Shown here in pieces: positions 1 to 8,541 of a stretch of 11,916 nt of DNA (its first letter is position 1; each line of letters begins with the position of its first letter). This DNA is from Bdellovibrionales bacterium (lineage in GTDB: Bacteria > Bdellovibrionota > Bdellovibrionia > Bdellovibrionales > UBA1609): assembly GCA_965199825.1 (NCBI GenBank), contig CBDATP010000003.1:1-11916 (forward strand), given 5' to 3'. The translations under genes were made by a program, and so were the position numbers. Under the pieces are notes generated by a model. That model was not told where the DNA came from, did no database searches, and saw nothing but the letters and a program-made list of their open reading frames with translations.

Positions 1-32
1 ACCCCCCTCATAGAATCGCAGACATTAGCCAT

Positions 33-43
33 CCCCTTATATA
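33..43 (-). promoter_or_regulatory. TATATAAGGGG motif (TATA box or plant RNA polymerase I initiation-site-like), one per unit
   Basis: The plus strand reads CCCCTTATATA. On the minus strand the motif lies downstream of the AT-rich block (about 470 to 180). It resembles the plant 45S rDNA initiation consensus TATATA(A/G)GGG. The motif is short, so a chance match is possible. Confidence 0.35.
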
Positions 44-504
44 CATGCAAGGAAGTTAATTGGAATCAAAGTTAACCAAACTTTTTATCAGAATATTCCA
101 CTCAATTATTTTTAGCCACTCAGTCTCTCCATTCAATGCACTCATATTTTAATCCGCACTTCTCCTGTCCATCCTCTATCATCACGCAAAGTTTCAATTT
201 TCAATTCCAACATCATACATTTCACTTATCTAAAAAGTCATTTGTTGCATTTTTTCACAACAAATAAATGGAAATTTTAAATGTGCAAGGGAATTTTTGA
301 GAAAATAACAAAGAACTTTTCATGAAAGTTTATATTACAATAATATACGGGTTTACCCTAGTTTTAGTTATAATAATTGAATTATTTTATTTAAATTTCA
401 ATTAATTTCAATTAAATTAAAATACAAAAATTTAATTCTAACAATTGAAACAAGAATATTTTCAGAGATAGAAAGACATTGGTCGGTCATTCCGAGCACA
501 GGAC

Positions 505-525
505 ATCTATCGCTGGCATAGCATC
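505..525 (+). repeat. 21-bp inverted repeat, left arm (also 2640-2660, 4775-4795, 6911-6931, 9046-9066, 11181-11201)
   Basis: ATCTATCGCTGGCATAGCATC is the exact reverse complement of 1883-1903. Confidence 0.97.
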
Positions 526-1882
526 CCTTCTACAACCTATCTAACCCGTTCTCTCCCTATCCCCCCTTATTGCAGACCAGATCTAACCCAATGTCTTCCC
601 TTCAATCCTGATCTCCTTTAGGTCACCAACATCATCGACCTCAACGACAGACTAGTCGAGCCTTCAGGCCATCAACTGTTGGCTTTTCCGCGACATATCT
701 GTCTTATAACATGCACACAACCCCTCGACGACCCAAACCCAAACCTCTCATACCATCTGGAGGGGTGACAAGATAGGGTCGCCTAAGAAGTAGCGAAGCC
801 GATCTGCCACGGCTATAACTAAATCCGCAAAGTCTCCCGCCTCTGTCCACACTTTCTGCCACAAGTATGGGAGCTCGACTTACATGCAAGAGGTGGTCAA
901 TGAACCAATTGGAAGCGGTGAGACCACTTCTTTTTGGCCAACAACATCGGCTCTGATAGGTAGGATGGCGATAGTCGAGGGGCTAAAGGTATAAGGGGTG
1001 TGCACTTGGATATTAATGGGACCACAGACCAAAGCTCACGCCATTTGGACACTGGTTTAAAGTGAGCAACAAAAAGAATATATGATAAGCAGCGAAACTG
1101 GACCGGTAGGGACGACCACTACCATCTGCCAACACTTGTCGGCCGGTCCAACGGTCTGCAATTGTCTCTTAAAATAGAGAACATTGGTCTCACTGGGCTC
1201 TGGACACAGAGGGTGTCGGTCGGTTAGTCAGAGAAGACAAGGAACAGCGTCTCTGATATGTTGTTCTGTGGTGAATGTGGTGATGTGCGCTGAGAGCCAG
1301 TGTGTCTTCCTTTGCGGGGGACACAAATGTTGGGTTGGATTGGATTTGGAGTCCGTCAACCATTGGTGATCACCAGCGAGACCGATGTCCGACCCATCGC
1401 CAGATGACCGACAATGACTGTCCTCTGCGCCGACGTTCGCCTCATCAGCACTCGACGTACGACACGAGTCACCGAATCTACAGATGTATCACCGGCTCGG
1501 CTCCACATTGGTGTGTCACTCAATGGTGAGTGGCCACTGGTTGTTCGGTTGTGTTCGGAGTGTGCACTTAGTCAACGACGACCCGACGAAGACCTGTCCT
1601 CTGCCCGTCTGGCTATGCGCCGGACGTGGAAACGGCAGCAGTCATAGACTCACCGATAGTATCGCACACTCGACACACCGACAACCTTTGGTCAGCGGAC
1701 AATATTTCCGTCCGCTCTTCGTTTGGGTTCCTCGTTATTGGTTGTACTTAATGTCTGCATTGGTTTCCGGCATATTATCACTGAAGCCATGGGACGCTTA
1801 TTAGGGACTGACTTTGTCAGAGGTAATGTAACGGTATGTATCACATTTAACCCATTCTTTCCTCAGGTTTTAGATTTTCACC

Positions 1883-1903
1883 GATGCTATGCCAGCGATA
1901 GAT
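1883..1903 (-). repeat. 21-bp inverted repeat, right arm (also 4018-4038, 6153-6173, 8289-8309, 10424-10444)
   Basis: GATGCTATGCCAGCGATAGAT is the exact reverse complement of 505-525. Confidence 0.97.
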
Positions 1904-2639
1904 ATGGATTAGGATTGGCTAAAAGGGGGGTTCCCCTGAAGCCCCCCTAGAATCGAAAATTTTTGAACCGTGAATTGGATTTAACCATTAATTCAACTGG
2001 ATTTAATCATAATTTAGCTAAATTAACTTTAATTTAGTGTAATTAAGCTTTAAATAAGGCTAATATGTAGAAATTTCTGCCAATTCGTAACCCCCCCCCC
2101 CTGGAGACCCGAAAAGACTTAATCCTTATAGCTAGACCCCCCTCATAGAATCGCAGACATTAGCCATCCCCTTATATACATGCAAGGAAGTTAATTGGAA
2201 TCAAAGTTAACCAAACTTTTTATCAGAATATTCCACTCAATTATTTTTAGCCACTCAGTCTCTCCATTCAATGCACTCATATTTTAATCCGCACTTCTCC
2301 TGTCCATCCTCTATCATCACGCAAAGTTTCAATTTTCAATTCCAACATCATACATTTCACTTATCTAAAAAGTCATTTGTTGCATTTTTTCACAACAAAT
2401 AAATGGAAATTTTAAATGTGCAAGGGAATTTTTGAGAAAATAACAAAGAACTTTTCATGAAAGTTTATATTACAATAATATACGGGTTTACCCTAGTTTT
2501 AGTTATAATAATTGAATTATTTTATTTAAATTTCAATTAATTTCAATTAAATTAAAATACAAAAATTTAATTCTAACAATTGAAACAAGAATATTTTCAG
2601 AGATAGAAAGACATTGGTCGGTCATTCCGAGCACAGGAC
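1904..2639. promoter_or_regulatory. 736-bp AT-rich inter-cassette segment with palindromes, C-runs and a TATA-like motif (candidate origin or promoter region)
   Basis: Very AT-rich blocks at about 1955-2075 and 2315-2605; 16-bp palindrome at 2010-2025; dyad cluster at 2449-2521; C11 run; minus-strand TATATAAGGGG at 2168-2178. The regulatory role is inferred. Confidence 0.4.
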
Positions 2640-4270
2640 ATCTATCGCTGGCATAGCATCCCTTCTACAACCTATCTAACCCGTTCTCTCCCTATCCCCC
2701 CTTATTGCAGACCAGATCTAACCCAATGTCTTCCCTTCAATCCTGATCTCCTTTAGGTCACCAACATCATCGACCTCAACGACAGACTAGTCGAGCCTTC
2801 AGGCCATCAACTGTTGGCTTTTCCGCGACATATCTGTCTTATAACATGCACACAACCCCTCGACGACCCAAACCCAAACCTCTCATACCATCTGGAGGGG
2901 TGACAAGATAGGGTCGCCTAAGAAGTAGCGAAGCCGATCTGCCACGGCTATAACTAAATCCGCAAAGTCTCCCGCCTCTGTCCACACTTTCTGCCACAAG
3001 TATGGGAGCTCGACTTACATGCAAGAGGTGGTCAATGAACCAATTGGAAGCGGTGAGACCACTTCTTTTTGGCCAACAACATCGGCTCTGATAGGTAGGA
3101 TGGCGATAGTCGAGGGGCTAAAGGTATAAGGGGTGTGCACTTGGATATTAATGGGACCACAGACCAAAGCTCACGCCATTTGGACACTGGTTTAAAGTGA
3201 GCAACAAAAAGAATATATGATAAGCAGCGAAACTGGACCGGTAGGGACGACCACTACCATCTGCCAACACTTGTCGGCCGGTCCAACGGTCTGCAATTGT
3301 CTCTTAAAATAGAGAACATTGGTCTCACTGGGCTCTGGACACAGAGGGTGTCGGTCGGTTAGTCAGAGAAGACAAGGAACAGCGTCTCTGATATGTTGTT
3401 CTGTGGTGAATGTGGTGATGTGCGCTGAGAGCCAGTGTGTCTTCCTTTGCGGGGGACACAAATGTTGGGTTGGATTGGATTTGGAGTCCGTCAACCATTG
3501 GTGATCACCAGCGAGACCGATGTCCGACCCATCGCCAGATGACCGACAATGACTGTCCTCTGCGCCGACGTTCGCCTCATCAGCACTCGACGTACGACAC
3601 GAGTCACCGAATCTACAGATGTATCACCGGCTCGGCTCCACATTGGTGTGTCACTCAATGGTGAGTGGCCACTGGTTGTTCGGTTGTGTTCGGAGTGTGC
3701 ACTTAGTCAACGACGACCCGACGAAGACCTGTCCTCTGCCCGTCTGGCTATGCGCCGGACGTGGAAACGGCAGCAGTCATAGACTCACCGATAGTATCGC
3801 ACACTCGACACACCGACAACCTTTGGTCAGCGGACAATATTTCCGTCCGCTCTTCGTTTGGGTTCCTCGTTATTGGTTGTACTTAATGTCTGCATTGGTT
3901 TCCGGCATATTATCACTGAAGCCATGGGACGCTTATTAGGGACTGACTTTGTCAGAGGTAATGTAACGGTATGTATCACATTTAACCCATTCTTTCCTCA
4001 GGTTTTAGATTTTCACCGATGCTATGCCAGCGATAGATATGGATTAGGATTGGCTAAAAGGGGGGTTCCCCTGAAGCCCCCCTAGAATCGAAAATTTTTG
4101 AACCGTGAATTGGATTTAACCATTAATTCAACTGGATTTAATCATAATTTAGCTAAATTAACTTTAATTTAGTGTAATTAAGCTTTAAATAAGGCTAATA
4201 TGTAGAAATTTCTGCCAATTCGTAACCCCCCCCCCCTGGAGACCCGAAAAGACTTAATCCTTATAGCTAG
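2136..4270. repeat. Repeat unit copy 2 (2135 bp)
   Basis: Same sequence as copy 1 by inspection; C11 run at 4226-4236. Confidence 0.98.
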
Positions 4271-6406
4271 ACCCCCCTCATAGAATCGCAGACATTAGCC
4301 ATCCCCTTATATACATGCAAGGAAGTTAATTGGAATCAAAGTTAACCAAACTTTTTATCAGAATATTCCACTCAATTATTTTTAGCCACTCAGTCTCTCC
4401 ATTCAATGCACTCATATTTTAATCCGCACTTCTCCTGTCCATCCTCTATCATCACGCAAAGTTTCAATTTTCAATTCCAACATCATACATTTCACTTATC
4501 TAAAAAGTCATTTGTTGCATTTTTTCACAACAAATAAATGGAAATTTTAAATGTGCAAGGGAATTTTTGAGAAAATAACAAAGAACTTTTCATGAAAGTT
4601 TATATTACAATAATATACGGGTTTACCCTAGTTTTAGTTATAATAATTGAATTATTTTATTTAAATTTCAATTAATTTCAATTAAATTAAAATACAAAAA
4701 TTTAATTCTAACAATTGAAACAAGAATATTTTCAGAGATAGAAAGACATTGGTCGGTCATTCCGAGCACAGGACATCTATCGCTGGCATAGCATCCCTTC
4801 TACAACCTATCTAACCCGTTCTCTCCCTATCCCCCCTTATTGCAGACCAGATCTAACCCAATGTCTTCCCTTCAATCCTGATCTCCTTTAGGTCACCAAC
4901 ATCATCGACCTCAACGACAGACTAGTCGAGCCTTCAGGCCATCAACTGTTGGCTTTTCCGCGACATATCTGTCTTATAACATGCACACAACCCCTCGACG
5001 ACCCAAACCCAAACCTCTCATACCATCTGGAGGGGTGACAAGATAGGGTCGCCTAAGAAGTAGCGAAGCCGATCTGCCACGGCTATAACTAAATCCGCAA
5101 AGTCTCCCGCCTCTGTCCACACTTTCTGCCACAAGTATGGGAGCTCGACTTACATGCAAGAGGTGGTCAATGAACCAATTGGAAGCGGTGAGACCACTTC
5201 TTTTTGGCCAACAACATCGGCTCTGATAGGTAGGATGGCGATAGTCGAGGGGCTAAAGGTATAAGGGGTGTGCACTTGGATATTAATGGGACCACAGACC
5301 AAAGCTCACGCCATTTGGACACTGGTTTAAAGTGAGCAACAAAAAGAATATATGATAAGCAGCGAAACTGGACCGGTAGGGACGACCACTACCATCTGCC
5401 AACACTTGTCGGCCGGTCCAACGGTCTGCAATTGTCTCTTAAAATAGAGAACATTGGTCTCACTGGGCTCTGGACACAGAGGGTGTCGGTCGGTTAGTCA
5501 GAGAAGACAAGGAACAGCGTCTCTGATATGTTGTTCTGTGGTGAATGTGGTGATGTGCGCTGAGAGCCAGTGTGTCTTCCTTTGCGGGGGACACAAATGT
5601 TGGGTTGGATTGGATTTGGAGTCCGTCAACCATTGGTGATCACCAGCGAGACCGATGTCCGACCCATCGCCAGATGACCGACAATGACTGTCCTCTGCGC
5701 CGACGTTCGCCTCATCAGCACTCGACGTACGACACGAGTCACCGAATCTACAGATGTATCACCGGCTCGGCTCCACATTGGTGTGTCACTCAATGGTGAG
5801 TGGCCACTGGTTGTTCGGTTGTGTTCGGAGTGTGCACTTAGTCAACGACGACCCGACGAAGACCTGTCCTCTGCCCGTCTGGCTATGCGCCGGACGTGGA
5901 AACGGCAGCAGTCATAGACTCACCGATAGTATCGCACACTCGACACACCGACAACCTTTGGTCAGCGGACAATATTTCCGTCCGCTCTTCGTTTGGGTTC
6001 CTCGTTATTGGTTGTACTTAATGTCTGCATTGGTTTCCGGCATATTATCACTGAAGCCATGGGACGCTTATTAGGGACTGACTTTGTCAGAGGTAATGTA
6101 ACGGTATGTATCACATTTAACCCATTCTTTCCTCAGGTTTTAGATTTTCACCGATGCTATGCCAGCGATAGATATGGATTAGGATTGGCTAAAAGGGGGG
6201 TTCCCCTGAAGCCCCCCTAGAATCGAAAATTTTTGAACCGTGAATTGGATTTAACCATTAATTCAACTGGATTTAATCATAATTTAGCTAAATTAACTTT
6301 AATTTAGTGTAATTAAGCTTTAAATAAGGCTAATATGTAGAAATTTCTGCCAATTCGTAACCCCCCCCCCCCTGGAGACCCGAAAAGACTTAATCCTTAT
6401 AGCTAG
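4271..6406. repeat. Repeat unit copy 3 (2136 bp, C12 variant)
   Basis: The run at 6361-6372 has 12 C rather than 11, which explains the +1 shift of all downstream ORF coordinates. Confidence 0.98.
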
Positions 6407-8541
6407 ACCCCCCTCATAGAATCGCAGACATTAGCCATCCCCTTATATACATGCAAGGAAGTTAATTGGAATCAAAGTTAACCAAACTTTTTATCAGAAT
6501 ATTCCACTCAATTATTTTTAGCCACTCAGTCTCTCCATTCAATGCACTCATATTTTAATCCGCACTTCTCCTGTCCATCCTCTATCATCACGCAAAGTTT
6601 CAATTTTCAATTCCAACATCATACATTTCACTTATCTAAAAAGTCATTTGTTGCATTTTTTCACAACAAATAAATGGAAATTTTAAATGTGCAAGGGAAT
6701 TTTTGAGAAAATAACAAAGAACTTTTCATGAAAGTTTATATTACAATAATATACGGGTTTACCCTAGTTTTAGTTATAATAATTGAATTATTTTATTTAA
6801 ATTTCAATTAATTTCAATTAAATTAAAATACAAAAATTTAATTCTAACAATTGAAACAAGAATATTTTCAGAGATAGAAAGACATTGGTCGGTCATTCCG
6901 AGCACAGGACATCTATCGCTGGCATAGCATCCCTTCTACAACCTATCTAACCCGTTCTCTCCCTATCCCCCCTTATTGCAGACCAGATCTAACCCAATGT
7001 CTTCCCTTCAATCCTGATCTCCTTTAGGTCACCAACATCATCGACCTCAACGACAGACTAGTCGAGCCTTCAGGCCATCAACTGTTGGCTTTTCCGCGAC
7101 ATATCTGTCTTATAACATGCACACAACCCCTCGACGACCCAAACCCAAACCTCTCATACCATCTGGAGGGGTGACAAGATAGGGTCGCCTAAGAAGTAGC
7201 GAAGCCGATCTGCCACGGCTATAACTAAATCCGCAAAGTCTCCCGCCTCTGTCCACACTTTCTGCCACAAGTATGGGAGCTCGACTTACATGCAAGAGGT
7301 GGTCAATGAACCAATTGGAAGCGGTGAGACCACTTCTTTTTGGCCAACAACATCGGCTCTGATAGGTAGGATGGCGATAGTCGAGGGGCTAAAGGTATAA
7401 GGGGTGTGCACTTGGATATTAATGGGACCACAGACCAAAGCTCACGCCATTTGGACACTGGTTTAAAGTGAGCAACAAAAAGAATATATGATAAGCAGCG
7501 AAACTGGACCGGTAGGGACGACCACTACCATCTGCCAACACTTGTCGGCCGGTCCAACGGTCTGCAATTGTCTCTTAAAATAGAGAACATTGGTCTCACT
7601 GGGCTCTGGACACAGAGGGTGTCGGTCGGTTAGTCAGAGAAGACAAGGAACAGCGTCTCTGATATGTTGTTCTGTGGTGAATGTGGTGATGTGCGCTGAG
7701 AGCCAGTGTGTCTTCCTTTGCGGGGGACACAAATGTTGGGTTGGATTGGATTTGGAGTCCGTCAACCATTGGTGATCACCAGCGAGACCGATGTCCGACC
7801 CATCGCCAGATGACCGACAATGACTGTCCTCTGCGCCGACGTTCGCCTCATCAGCACTCGACGTACGACACGAGTCACCGAATCTACAGATGTATCACCG
7901 GCTCGGCTCCACATTGGTGTGTCACTCAATGGTGAGTGGCCACTGGTTGTTCGGTTGTGTTCGGAGTGTGCACTTAGTCAACGACGACCCGACGAAGACC
8001 TGTCCTCTGCCCGTCTGGCTATGCGCCGGACGTGGAAACGGCAGCAGTCATAGACTCACCGATAGTATCGCACACTCGACACACCGACAACCTTTGGTCA
8101 GCGGACAATATTTCCGTCCGCTCTTCGTTTGGGTTCCTCGTTATTGGTTGTACTTAATGTCTGCATTGGTTTCCGGCATATTATCACTGAAGCCATGGGA
8201 CGCTTATTAGGGACTGACTTTGTCAGAGGTAATGTAACGGTATGTATCACATTTAACCCATTCTTTCCTCAGGTTTTAGATTTTCACCGATGCTATGCCA
8301 GCGATAGATATGGATTAGGATTGGCTAAAAGGGGGGTTCCCCTGAAGCCCCCCTAGAATCGAAAATTTTTGAACCGTGAATTGGATTTAACCATTAATTC
8401 AACTGGATTTAATCATAATTTAGCTAAATTAACTTTAATTTAGTGTAATTAAGCTTTAAATAAGGCTAATATGTAGAAATTTCTGCCAATTCGTAACCCC
8501 CCCCCCCTGGAGACCCGAAAAGACTTAATCCTTATAGCTAG
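6407..8541. repeat. Repeat unit copy 4 (2135 bp)
   Basis: Same sequence as copy 1 by inspection; C11 run at 8497-8507. Confidence 0.98.

Larger units (their letters stand above)
505..1903. other. IR-bounded 1.4-kb non-coding, hairpin-rich cassette (candidate structured RNA or non-autonomous element), present in every unit
   Basis: Bounded by the 21-bp IR. GC-balanced (36/60 G+C at 1561-1620, against 5/60 at 361-420). No ORF over 106 aa. Stems at 888-932, 1099-1150, 1301-1325, 1515-1534 and 1694-1716. Any function is inferred. Confidence 0.45.
1..2135. repeat. Repeat unit copy 1 (2135 bp; phase arbitrary, set by the window start)
   Basis: Direct comparison with the other copies; C11 run at 2091-2101. 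Confidence 0.98.

Noticed and set aside
330..338. TTATATTAC as a CRESS-DNA virus or geminivirus nonanucleotide origin
   Set aside because: It does not fit NANTATTAC, it lies in a stem arm rather than in the loop of a GC-rich hairpin, and there is no Rep ORF.
732..745. CCCAAACCCAAACC and CTAACCC as a telomerase RNA template or telomeric repeats
   Set aside because: There are only about two repeat units, the variants disagree with each other, and I identified no supporting pseudoknot or other telomerase RNA element.
481..1230. Long gene hidden by an alternative genetic code
   Set aside because: The plus frame starting at 481 contains TAG (619), TGA (766) and TAA (784), so no single reassignment opens it, and the peptide is unrecognisable. 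I did not test the other frames exhaustively, and RNA editing cannot be excluded.
1425..1448. Minus-strand CTGATGA as a hammerhead ribozyme core (retrozyme or viroid-like)
   Set aside because: It is followed by a possible short stem GGC-GAAC-GTC but then GGCG rather than the required GAAA, so the catalytic core is incomplete.
526..1882. Divergent SSU rRNA between processing stems (size is similar)
   Set aside because: I found no universal SSU motifs (GTGCCAGCAGCCGCGGTAA, GTACACACCGCCCGT, GTCGTAACAAGG) on either strand, and no 5S, tRNA or spliced-leader sequence.
1924..1933. AGGGGGGTTC as kinetoplast minicircle CSB-1 (AGGGGCGTTC)
   Set aside because: It has one mismatch in a low-complexity motif, and the diagnostic CSB-3 sequence GGGGTTGGTGTA is absent from both strands.
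704..1950. Six short ORFs per unit (61-106 aa) in the ORF track
   Set aside because: They overlap in different frames, several start at non-ATG codons, they are rich in Arg/Ser/Cys as random ORFs are, and I recognise no domain. Their recurrence only reflects the DNA repeat.
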